From: Octopus vulgaris
Taxonomy: Eukaryota
Assembly (NCBI GenBank): GCA_951406725.2
Contig: OX597822.1
Coordinates: forward strand, 87,978,001 to 88,042,000
Direction: 5' to 3'
Length of the DNA stretch: 64,000 nt
Below the pieces are notes generated by a model that was not told where the DNA came from, made no database searches, and worked only from the letters and a program-made list of their open reading frames with translations. The position numbers and the translations under genes were made by a program. Positions 1 through 62,958 of this stretch are shown here, piece by piece. Positions within the stretch are counted from its first letter, which is position 1, and each line of letters opens with the position of its first letter.

Positions 1-210
1 AAATTATGGGGAAACAAAATTGGGTGGGGGTGGGGGGCACACGTGTAGGTATGCCTAGAATTGCTTCAGTATCATCCACTTCAAACCTCATTACACCTAG
101 ATGATTGCATGTGATAGATAACATTTGAACTATATAGATTTTATCCATGGTTGAAGAGCATGGAATGGCTGGCAATGCATCAGACATTTACCAAACCTTA
201 CTATTATACA

Positions 211-586
211 CTAGTACTATGACCCGGCGTTGCTGGGTCATAGTGCTAGTGCATGCATATACAGCTGCGTGCGTGTGCACATACACGCGAATACTGTCCA
301 AATTTCCGACCAGTCACATACAGCTAGCTGGCATTCAATTGATGTGTCAAGTTTTGGACACTTTGTTTGGGTTTTGGATAGAAAATTCACAAAAAAGTCA
401 CTTCTATTGATTTTTTAATGGTTTTGTGGGGTGACTGGGGAAATGTAAAGATGTGCACGAACACCCTTGGATGGTTTTGAATGACCATAGAAAGTGCGAG
501 CCCTCTAACTGAAAAATTGTGGATTTGTATAAAGGATACACACACACACACAGACAGACATTTTGCCGTTTATATATATATAGAGA
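211..586 (-). mobile_element. Non-autonomous Helitron
   Basis: On the minus strand it starts A|TC and ends with a GC-rich hairpin (gacccggcgttgctgggtc) plus CTAG|T; no TSD. Confidence 0.65.
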
Positions 587-596
587 TGATATATTA

Positions 597-983
597 TCTT
601 GTTTTACTTGTTTCAGTTATTAGACTGCAGCCATGCTGGGGCACTGCCTTGAAGAATTTTACTCAAATAAATCGACCCCAGTACTTATTTTTTTAAACCT
701 CGTACTCATTATATTGGTCACTTTTGCCAAGCTGCTAAGTTGTGGGATGTAAACATACCAACCCTGGTTGTCAAGTAGTGGTGAAGGACAAACACACACA
801 CACACACATGTATATATACACAACGAGCTTCTTTCAGTTTCTGTCTATTAAATTCACTCACAAGGCTTTGGTTGGGCTGAGGTTATGGTAGAAGACACTT
901 GCCCAAGGTGCCATGCAGTGGGACTGATCCCTGAACGATGTGGTTGGGAAGCAGACTTCTTACCATACAGCCATGCCTGCTCC
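597..983 (-). mobile_element. tRNA-derived SINE, family A (most abundant in window)
   Basis: Reverse complement of the element at 48987-49428, with A/B-box-like head and central microsatellite. Confidence 0.85.
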
Positions 984-1074
984 TATACATAACATATTTA
1001 ATGTATGTGTGTAGTTGAAATGACAGAGTTTCTGTGATTTTCGTATATTATGATTTTTTTTTAACACATTACAT

Positions 1075-1179
1075 CTATCTATAAAGGAATTTCCCCTGAG
1101 ACAAAAATTCTATCTATAAAGGAATTTCCCCTGAGACAAAAATTCTATCTATAAAGGAATTTCCCCTGAGACAAAAATT
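1075..1179. repeat. Perfect 35-bp tandem repeat x3
   Basis: ctatctataaaggaatttcccctgagacaaaaatt three times with no spacers. Confidence 0.95.
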
Positions 1180-1276
1180 GCAGCTTCTGGCATTTCATCT
1201 CCATATATGCATTAAGTATGTTGTATTGATAGAGTTTTTGCTATATTTCTGCTTCCATTGCATAATTAAATTTTTT

Positions 1277-1795
1277 AATTCTGTATTTTCTGAGATGAGG
1301 AGTTTTATATATGTTTAAGCTAAGAGTCGTGTCCTCATCTTGGTTGTTGCTTTCACTATGCTTTGCCTGTATATGCTCCGACCTTCTTCAGGTGTCTTGT
1401 GATTCACTTTAGTACCTTGCCTAGGATTGAACCCAAAACCTCTAGGTGACTGCACTGCATTAACTGAAGAAGGCCGTAGTGTACACAGCAGAAACATAGT
1501 GAAAGCAACAACCAAAATTAGGACACCTCTCCAACTAATACATAATATAAAATTCCTCATCTCAGAAAATACAGAATTGTATTATCCAGTCATTACAGAG
1601 TTGACATAAGACATTCATGGAGGTCTATAAGCCTTAAGAAGTCATTCTGTCTCTACCTACAGGTATAGCATAGTGGATAAAGGTGCCAGTTAATGCAGCA
1701 CAACTCACAAAACACTTGAAGAAAGCTGTGGGGTACACAGCCGAAACATAGTAAAAGCAACAGCCAAGATGAGAACACCACCCCGACTAATATGT
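1277..1795. mobile_element. Penelope-like terminal repeats (one inverted, two direct) with degenerate hammerhead-like cores
   Basis: About 1277-1390 is the reverse complement of about 1464-1578; a third copy lies at about 1712-1795; consensus cacCTGAAGAaggc...gccGAAACataGTG. Confidence 0.55.
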
Positions 1796-2363
1796 AATAA
1801 TTAAACTTTCATATATGATGAAGAAGGAGATAAATAGATAGATAGTGTATGTATATTGATGAAGAGGGAAATAAATAGATGGATAGAGTGTATAAATCTG
1901 CCCTAATGGAAATGAAGTTTAAAAGATAGAATCTTGTGATATTTTTTTTACCCCCTGAATCTTTCCAGCACCTATATGTTTTTTTATCCACCACTAAATC
2001 GTTTGTGTTTACATCAATTCAACTGATATCATTTTTTATTGATCTTAACATCTAGTATCTATCTGTTTTCTCTCCACTAACTCTCACTTTGCTTATGTGT
2101 GCACGAATTCAACTGACCCGAGTCTTGCTTACTAAATTGAATCAAATAGTACTTCCTCCCACCTCACTTCTTCAGCTCTATCATTTTTGCATTTATATTT
2201 TTGTACTGGAAGTAATTAGACAACTACTTTTTTCCAACATGAAACATGACTATTTTTCTTAGATTGTACAGTTTTACTGTCTGTTGTGACTTTTGTATTC
2301 ATCTTTGATACTCTTGGATTTAATAACTAAGACATTGGTTATAATACATTATTCTTATACAAG

Positions 2364-2740
2364 ATGACTGGAAAGAGGCCATCTACCAGAAGTGAGGACA
2401 TTAACATGAAAAGAAGTAATAAAGAAATTATACTGGACGTTGAACCTCATGTTTTATAAAGTTTTGATGAGGAAAAGTATTTACTCATACTGCAAAAAAT
2501 ATTGAAGCTTGCAACCCCTTCAGAGGGGATAACTTATGACAATAAAAACAGAAGTAGATCAAGTGATTAAGCACCCTCACTATTAGCCATTTGAACATTG
2601 TTTTTTACATAGATCTGAAATAATGTTTAAAACGGAACAGCTCCTGAGCATGTGGATCCACAATCAGACAAGTAATGTGCTGATAAACATGATGGTCATT
2701 CAAGTGAATGCTAAACTTTGTATGAAGATTTGTAGTAAGT
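2364..2740 (+). pseudogene. Degraded pogo/Tigger-like transposase N-terminal remnant
   Basis: Fragments MTGKRPS...KEIILDV and RSEIMFKTEQLLSMWIHNQT resemble the CENP-B-type HTH region of pogo/Tigger; broken by stops and frameshifts. Confidence 0.45.
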
Positions 2741-3811
2741 TAAATGTGTATCTTTTGCTGTAGAATCTTTTCTTGCAAGGAAAAACTACCTCGGAAGATT
2801 TACGAGGAGCCTTAATTTGCCGGACGTAAAAATTAACAGTAAAGCTACCAGTGTTGCTGTAGTGGTTACTATAAATTATTCCTCAGAATAATTTATAGTT
2901 ATTTCTTCTGGCTCTACATTATGAGTTTAGGTTATTACTGATAAAAGCTATATTGCAGAACAAGTGTAAAATTTAGGTGAAAGTGGGCTTTTCTGAAATT
3001 GCTTGTTTGTTAGTAAACCAAGCTTTAAATCTTCAAAAGAATAAAAAGAAATCGACTATCTCTTCCTCTATGAGGAAATAATACTGGTGTTGTAAAATGA
3101 AAGTCCTCTATTTGCATATGATTCCCCCCACACCAACTAATCCAAGAGCTTTCAAGGGTTACCCTTAAAATTATTGTACCTGAGATTTAGGGCTCAAATA
3201 AAATAGCTTTGAGGATCACATGTTTTCTAACTTTTTTCTTTGCATCCACAATAGAAAGGTACTGTACCAAATGTAATATTTTTTAACAAAACACTTCTGG
3301 TTTTAGTCAATGCATCATGCAAGCCACTCAGTGTATTTAAATGATCTTTCTGATAATGTAAGTATACAATATATACGTATGTGTATGAGCACATACACAC
3401 GTGTACATTGGAGAGAGGGGTGTGTTGGATGTGCACATGTGTATGTAAATGTGTGTATATATGTGTGTGTATATGTATGTGTATATGTTTGTGTGTATAT
3501 GTGTGCATGTATATGCATGTTTATATATGTACATTTGAGAGTATATATATATATATGCATGCATATGTATAAATAATGTGTGTGTGCATGTGCATGCATC
3601 TGTGTATAAGACCAGGCTTTCAAAACATAAATAGACTTATCTTATCCTTAACTAAACATAAAGAACTAATAAGGAAATGTAAAAAGAAAAAAAATTGTTA
3701 AGGAAAGCTTAAACTCAAATACGATATATTTACATTGGAAAGAAAAATAATTTCCCTCCCACTCATACAGATATGTGTTCACACACACACACATATATTT
3801 ATACACACATA

Positions 3812-3900
<89 letters not shown>

Positions 3901-4309
3901 TTTCTTGTGTCAGAAGTTGACTTGTGTTTAAAGCTATGCAAAATAATAAAGAAAAAGAATGAAATTCCTGAAATACTGAACACTGAAAGTTTAAAACTAT
4001 GACGGCTAGCGCAATGTTATTAGGTTTTATTGAAGGGTGTGTGAGTGTTTGTGTATGTGTATTCATAAGTCACCAGCTTTCAAATTCACCTCCATTCTCA
4101 TTATATCAAAACAATGAAATTCTTTGTCTGTCTATTCCCAATGCCCTCTCAAACGGTTCCACCAAATCAAATCAAATTTTACAAGGGAATAGTATCACAT
4201 CCCACAAGCGTCAACATGTAATATTTTTTCATTTCAATTGTGACAATATAGCATTTTATGGAGATAATCTTTCTATAGTCAAATATAGTACAGGACATTT
4301 TATACCATG

Positions 4310-5060
4310 ACAACAACAACTATGACATCACATTTTGTATATGAATGTGTATGTGTCTGTCAGTGTATGTGTATGAGTGTGTATGTGTTTCTGCATTCAA
4401 TGACAACATTACATTTTGTATATGAGTATCTATATGTCAGAGTATATGAGTGTGTTTATATCTGTGATAGTGTATTTCTGTGTTAGGTATGTTATTCAAC
4501 TCACACACACATCTACACATACATATACATATGTGACAACTGACATGTGTGAATCTATGTCTGTGTGTGTCTTTCGTACTGTATAGTATTACACCCCACC
4601 ACTGTCAACATGTAATTTTTCTATCATTTTGATTAAAACAATATAACATTTCATAGACAATCTTTCTATATAGTACAAGACATTATATATGAGTGTGTAT
4701 GTGTCTGTGTCTGTTTGCGCGTTCAATACGTACAAGATAGTAAAAGACATTTTATACCACAACCACGTCACATTTGTATATGTGTGTGTATGAATGTGTA
4801 TCTGTTTGTCAGTGTGTGTTTCCTTGTTAGGTACATTATTAAACACATGCAAATACCTATGTGATGACTGACCTGCATGAATATATATGTGTGTGTCTCT
4901 CTCTTACTATATGTATGTGACTATGTGAGAGTGAATGTGTGTGTATCACCACATTTTGTATATGAATGTATATGTGTCTGTGAGTGTGTGTGTTTCTGTG
5001 TTTGTTATGTATGTTATTAAACACACACATCTATACATACATATACATATGTGACGAGAA
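4310..5060. repeat. Degenerate tandem repeat / TG-rich low-complexity block
   Basis: Repeated cacattttgtatatgaatgtgtatgtgtctgt-like units. Confidence 0.6.
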
Positions 5061-5339
5061 TGGCTGGAAGTGAAACTCTTGATGGAAAATAATGAGGTGG
5101 CAGGTCCAAAGTATATAAAAATACACATCTACTATTCAATTACCAGTTCATAATTATTGTAGCAGTTGCAAGGTTGCAAGGTATCTACAATTTGCTTATA
5201 TTTGGTTAATTTATACTGCATACAAAAATACAGACATACTACATACATACAACTGCATACAAAAATAGAGATTAATGTATATTTTGTTCTATGTTCATAA
5301 TTTTTTGTTTACAATATTGAAAAAAAAATGCCACTATTA

Positions 5340-6300
5340 TGGAACATTGACATTTAGAAAATGGGCAGCATGTTCTCTTTAATCCTGAAAATCCCCAGCA
5401 GGTTATGCAGAAAATGCAAACTCCTCCAGAAACAACTCTTACTGCTTTCTTTAAACTGCAACATTACTCTACCAACAAATCTCAAACTTCTATACATGGA
5501 TTCAAGCTAATAAGATGTAGGAGGGCAAGAGGGAGAGATGTTGAATGATGGCCTGGAATTAAGAAAGGTGATGCACTTGGAAGGGTCTATGCTGTACATC
5601 CAAACAATTTTCAATGCTATTTTCTTTGTATGTTACTTCATGTGGTTACAGAACCAAAGTCTTTTTAAGATCTGAGAATGGTTAATGGTCAAACTATGTG
5701 AAACTTATTATGAACCATGTCAAAGACAAGGACTGTTAGAAAATGATTCTCACTGGGATGACACATTAACTGAAGCTGCTGTTTCAAGTTCTCCCACTCA
5801 GCTGAAGAATTTATTTGCAAAATGCTTCACACATGTGACCTGACCAATCCTAAACAGCTATGGGAGAATCACAGGCATGAACTAAGTGAGGATGTTCCCA
5901 ATCGTGCTCAAAGGGAAAATCCAAACCCTGACCTTCAGTTAAATGTTCAATTAAATATTCTTAATGAAACTTTGATACTGCTTGAGAATAAACTCCATCA
6001 TTTGGGAGGGAAAGATCTCCATGAGCATGGATTGCCTTCTACCAACAGACAACAACAACAACAACAACTAAATTTGTACCATGAAATTCTCCAAGAAACT
6101 TCCTACAATTTAGATGCTCTGGCACAGCTTGTCACAGAAAATGAGCCTAAGCTTCAATAATTGCAAAGGTACGCATACAATACAATCATTGATGCAGTCA
6201 AACATGAAAGAGGTGAAGTTTTCTTTTTAGATGCTCCTGGCAGTACAGGAAAGACATTCCTAATAAATTTACTTCTTGTTACAGCCCACCAGCAGAAATT
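5340..6300 (+). pseudogene. Helitron RepHel fragment (inter-domain region to PIF1 helicase motif I), disrupted
   Basis: HLENGQHVLF..PPETTLTAFFKL, LGRVYAVHP, GLLENDSHWDDTLTEA and FFLDAPGSTGKTFLINLLL motifs; stops and frameshifts present. Confidence 0.85.
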
Positions 6301-7229
6301 GAAATGTAAGCAATATTATTATAAATGTATCAACTCATTAACATAAATGGCTCATGCATGGTGGCTCAAAGATTGTTTAGCTTAATGGAGAAGTTCAAGG
6401 TACATTAAGGAAACACACCAGTCTCTATCCAACAAACTTGCTGTGTTCTTTTTTTCCACCTTTTCTACATTTACCGTTGTGGTTTCTGTTTCTCGCAGCA
6501 AGTTCTTGTATCAAATATCCACAAACACTGCTGATTCCATTCAGTGTTTTTTTCCTTCCAAAAATGTGAAATTCCTACGTAAATGTAGTTCCTTGGTGCT
6601 TATTATGAAAACCATAACTGTTTTTCTTTTTTCTTTTCTTTAAAGATGGAATTTTTAGCGGGGATTTCAATCAATCAGAGGCAGCAAATTCACACACACA
6701 CACACACACGTTTGTGCATATGTGTGTGTATCCATTAGCTTTTATCTGTTATTTGTTTCAGTCATTGAACTGCAGCTATGCTGAGGCACAATAAATCAAC
6801 CCCAGTACTTGAATTTCTAAAGTGTAGTACTTATGCTATCGGTCTTTTTTGCCGAACTGCTAAGTTACAGGAATGTAAACAAACCAGCACCATTTGTCAA
6901 GCTGTGATTGGTGACAAATGGAGACACAAAGATTTGCACACATGCACATGCATGCACACATGCATAAACTGTGTTTTTTAGTTACCATAGTTCTCAGAGA
7001 AATTCATTATGACACAGAGTGTGACAAGGCTGGCCCTTTGAAATACAGGTACTACTCATTTTCGCCAGCTGAGTGGACTGGGACAACATGTAATAAAGAA
7101 TCCTACTCTAGGACACACTGTGTTGCTGGGAATTGAACTCACAACCTTATGATCGTGAACTAAATACTCAAACCACTAAGCCATGTGCCTTCACACACAC
7201 ACACATGCATGCATGTGTGCATCTATATA

Positions 7230-7360
7230 CAGGGTGTCCCCAAAAAATGTATACACACCTTAAATAATTGTAAATTTGTTATTCTTTGTAAGCCTAGTAC
7301 TTATTCTATCGTTCTCTTTTGCCGAACCACTATGTGTATACATTTTTTTGGGACACCCTA
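7230..7360. mobile_element. Tc1/mariner-type MITE in TA context
   Basis: TIRs cagggtgtccccaaaaaatgtatacac / gtgtatacatttttttgggacacccta. Confidence 0.75.
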
Positions 7361-7475
7361 TATATATATATCATCATCATCGTCGTTTAACGTCCATATA
7401 TATATATATATATATATATAGAGACATATAAGTTAAGTTTAGTTAATTTTTTGGCTCAAAAAGCAAAAAGTAAGG

Positions 7476-7537
<62 letters not shown>

Positions 7538-7643
7538 ATATATATATATATCATCATCATCATCATCATCATTTAACGTCCGCTTTCCATGCTAGCATGG
7601 GTTGGACGGTTCAACTGGGGTCTGGGGAGCCCGAAGGCTGATT

Positions 7644-7690
<47 letters not shown>

Positions 7691-8841
7691 GAGAGAGAGA
7701 GTGATTCTGTGTGTTTTTGTGTGCGTGTATTTTGTTTGTGATTGGGCTATGGGTGTTGTTGTTTAACCCCAGGACTGATCAAGCTCATCTCTGATCTTAG
7801 ACATTTCAACCATGAATACCTTGTCTTTTACAGGGTGTCTAAGATTACATGATCTAATGTGTTCTCTTTCTTGAGATAGTGTGGTGTGATCCGAGGGAGA
7901 TTTGGTTGCTATTTCTAGCAGATCGAGCGACATCATGGGTGTTCCTTCATTATTATTGCTATGTTTTGCCCCAGGTCATTTTTCATTGAGACAGAATTAT
8001 GATCAAAAGTGCACCAGTTGCAGCCATCCCATTCAATCTTTCCAATCACAGTGCACTTATGTCTACATTAAGAAATGTCTTTCTTTACAAGAGTAGAGTG
8101 CGATCTTATTTGGCTGCTATTTCTCATGTGTCACCAGATAAAAGCTTCCCTGTGACTCACATTGTGTGTAGGTGTATGTATAAGTATGTGTAACTATGGT
8201 AGTGATGAGTGTGTGTGTGTGTGTACATACATACATACATACACACAGCTTATGTGTGAGGGAGTTTATGTCACTATTATTATATTCTATAAATAAATGA
8301 AAAAGTGTCCAGAAATAAAAAAAAAAAAACAAAAAAAAAAAAGAGGAATGGCTAATTTCAAGAATTTAAAATGTAAATATTTTCTTGAGAGTTGTATGCA
8401 CCAACCAAGAAAAGGTCATAAAAGCCTGTTTGACAACTTGACAGTTTGTTAATTAATTAAAGCAATGTTGGGGGTGGGGACAATTAATTAAAACAGATTT
8501 GAACTCAGAATCTAAAGCTAGTTGAAATGCCATTATGGATTTTGTCTTGTGCAGTAATGATTGTACCAGCTCACTGCCTTAATAACGACAATAATACTTA
8601 CATATGATGTGTTCATCATTAAATGTTAATTACATCATCTCCCACATCTCTGTTGCTCATATGTTTAAGTGGAAAAGCAACAAATTAGAATTACAAGTGG
8701 CTATGTGCTGTATCGGAAGTAAAGTGGCAATGAAAAGAAGAAAATATGAGACATGTAAACCACAAATTGTAGGCACAGGATATGTAGAGGCGTGCGTGTG
8801 TGTGTGTGTGTGTGTGTTTGTTTGTTTGTGTGTTTGCATGT

Positions 8842-8934
<93 letters not shown>

Positions 8935-8985
8935 TGTGTGTGTTTGCGTGTGTGTGTGCGTGCGTGTGTGTGTGTGTTTGCGTGT

Positions 8986-9019
<34 letters not shown>

Positions 9020-9244
9020 AGACTAGAGCTATCTATAGATACATTATAGAATTACATGTACATATATTTTTCTGTAGGAATGTGTATACATAGACATCTA
9101 TATCTATATGTATGTGTGAATATGTGTGTATATGTATATGTATGTATATAAGTGTGTACATATATATATTTGTATGTATGTGTATACAGATATATGTATG
9201 TATATCTTATATGTATACACACACACACACACACATTATATACA

Positions 9245-9636
9245 GGCACAGGCATGGCTGTGTGGTAAGAAGCTTGCTTCCCAACCACATGGTTCTGGGT
9301 TCAGTCCTACTGCATGGCACCTTGGGTAAGTGTCTTCTAATATAGTCTCAGGCCAACCAAAGCCTTGTGAGTGGATTTGATAGATGGAAACTGAAAGAAG
9401 CCCATCGAATATATATATGTATATATTTGTGTGTCTGTGTTTGTCCCCCCACCATTGCTTGACAACCGATGTTGGTGTGTTTATGTAACTAGGCGGTTCA
9501 GCAAAAGCAACCAATAGAATAAGTACTAGGCTTAAAAATAAAAGTCCTGGGGTTGATTTGTTTGACTAAAGGCAGAGCTCCAGCATGGCCACAGTCAAGT
9601 GACTGAAGCAAGTAAAAGAATAAAAGAAAAAAGAAT
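9245..9636 (+). mobile_element. tRNA-derived SINE, family A
   Basis: ggctgtgtggtaa (A-box-like) and ggttcagtcc (B-box-like) head, conserved body, A-rich tail. Confidence 0.85.
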
Positions 9637-10304
9637 AATATATACATACATACATGTACCCCCCCCCCACACACACACACACAAACATGCACACACACAT
9701 TCCTAGCAAATGCATAAAAAATAATTGGTATTTTTAAGCTTTATATTTCATACACATGTTTCCATGAACTGATTGTTGTTATTACGTGAGCTGAAATTAA
9801 TCAGACTGTACAACAGGCCAATGAGCTTGTGGAAATCTGCCGGGCCACTGGCTTGAAGAGTTTAGTCAAACAACTCAATCCTACCACTTATTGCACTTGA
9901 TCCATTGGTTTCTCTTTGTTAAACCCATTAACGTGTGGGTACGTAAACAAACCAGCACCAGTTATCAAGTGGTGAGAACAACAAACACTAAGATGTACAT
10001 CACACGCACATGCACACATGATGTGTATATTTGTGTGTCTGTGTGTATGCTTATATACTGTATAGCCAAATGGTTAAGACATTCGCTTCGCAGCCATGAG
10101 ATCGCAGATTAAATCTCAGTACAAAGTATCTTGAGCAAATGCCATTTTTTTATGGTTTTGGATCAACCCATACCTTATGAGTGAAATTAGTAACATGGAA
10201 GCTGTGTAGAAACCCATAAGAGGATGGGTTATATCAGTCACACCATGTGTCACACTGACTCTGTAGATTCAATGAGCTGGTAATTCAGTTGCTCAAAGAA
10301 CTGA

Positions 10305-10455
10305 ACTCTTATTGATGAAACTGCTATTTACAGATGATTCTAAATTACTTACACCTGATGTGTTCAGCATGCAAACATATATCAATCAATTCTCAAAGAC
10401 CTGCAATGATTTTGGCCTCACTGTCTATACTGCAAAAGCAGAAATTCTGCATCAA
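10305..10455 (+). pseudogene. RTE-clade LINE reverse transcriptase fragment
   Basis: LLFTDDSKL...QTYINQFSKTCNDFGLTV...EILHQ resembles the RTE RT segment LLFADD...FSxACxxFGLTI..KTEV. Confidence 0.65.
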
Positions 10456-11658
10456 CTAAAGTTCCACATTTCATGTACAGATTTAGGCAAATTGATGTTC
10501 ATATTTCCTTTTATTGTGCCAGGTGCACCAAAAGAACTTTTAGATTACCATATTTGGTAAGCATTTTAACAACAAATGCATGGTATGCTCCAGTCCGACC
10601 ATGAGGGCAACTGAAAAAGAAAATGGTTAAACATAAGATACTTCAAGACATCATTACCACTTATCTAACTTCACTAGTGTCACAGCAATAGTGCCTCTCC
10701 AATATGGGGACTTTTTCTGTTGCATCCTACATTTAAATAGAAAACTTTAAACTGAGCAGAACTGGTGTTTTTACACCTTTTACCATAAGAGAGAATTTTT
10801 TTTCCACAGCCACTGCAGTGAATTTGCTTTTAAAAGTTGAAATGTGTCATGAACATATTTTAATTAACCTAGAGTTCACTTATGCCTAAATGTTGCTTGA
10901 TGCTGATACTGCTGAATTTCTCTTGACCTGACGGTCTTATGGTGCAACTCAGTCAATGTAACTTAACGGTTCAGCTAAAGATATTGATAGAATAAGAACC
11001 AGGCTTAAAAAATAAAAATACTGGGATCGATTTATTCAATTAAAATTCTTCAAGGCAGTGCCCCAGCATTGCCGCAGTCGTATGACTGAAACAAGTAGAA
11101 AAATAAAAGAATAAATTTTAACTACAAAATCTTATATGGATCCCCAAGGGTCATATGGACCCTGGACTAAAAAACAAAAAAAAATTAGGAAACCATGATA
11201 AGAAGGGAGGGAGAAGATGTAGGTGGTACCAGTTTTGGAAGTTGTTGCTAATCCATTATAACAAAACAAGTTTGTAAAACCTGTTCTGTAACAAGAAAAA
11301 GAAAAAAGAAAAAAAAGAATTCATCTCAGAATTCCATAAAAAAATACAAGATTAGGTTTGATAAGGTCAAGCAGTGTCTGCCTCCTCCCCTCACCCCTTC
11401 TGAAGGAAGAGAGGGAGGAAGGGATTTTTATTTGTTGGTTGGTTGCTTGTAGCTTTTCCTCCTTACTTTAACCTCATACATTCTTATCAACACCCCCACC
11501 TCAATATATCTCAACCTTCACATCTTCCACCCACACTGACTATAATGAATAATTAAACAGCTTGTGTGTGTGTGTGTGTGCGCGCGTATTTATATTTCTG
11601 TAGATGTGTCCATGTCCATGTGTTTGTGTGTGCTGCATTTATACATTATATGTGTACA

Positions 11659-11702
<44 letters not shown>

Positions 11703-11813
11703 TCTATATATGGTTCCCTCTAGTTTATGATATCTCTAAAATGTCTGTCCTGAATATAATGTAGCAAAGTGATCTTAACCATATAAAAGTTTCTTTTCTC
11801 ATATATTATTCAG

Positions 11814-62793
<50,980 letters not shown>

Positions 62794-62958
62794 GTAAGGA
62801 AAAAAAAAAGCAATGATTTTCTTCAGTTCCTTCTTGTTATGGTATATTCTTCATCCCCATCAAAGAAGAACTGTCTAATTATTTAATTGAACAATCATCT
62901 TATAGTGTTTTTTTTTTTCAAGCAACTTTATTTTTCTGAATGCAAAACAATATAAATA

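Noticed and set aside
1075-1179. CRISPR-like 35-bp repeats
   Set aside because: Units are contiguous with no spacers, there are no cas genes, and the context is a eukaryotic intron.
3227-9345. Many ORFs rich in CV, HT or YI dipeptides (also 41958-42752 and 50248-50562)
   Set aside because: They are translations of (CA)n, (TG)n and (TA)n microsatellites with no coding signal.
1-11813. Upstream laminin LN exons or promoter
   Set aside because: I found no segment encoding the expected preceding LN sequence (WWQSP-type motif); the region appears to be one long intron.
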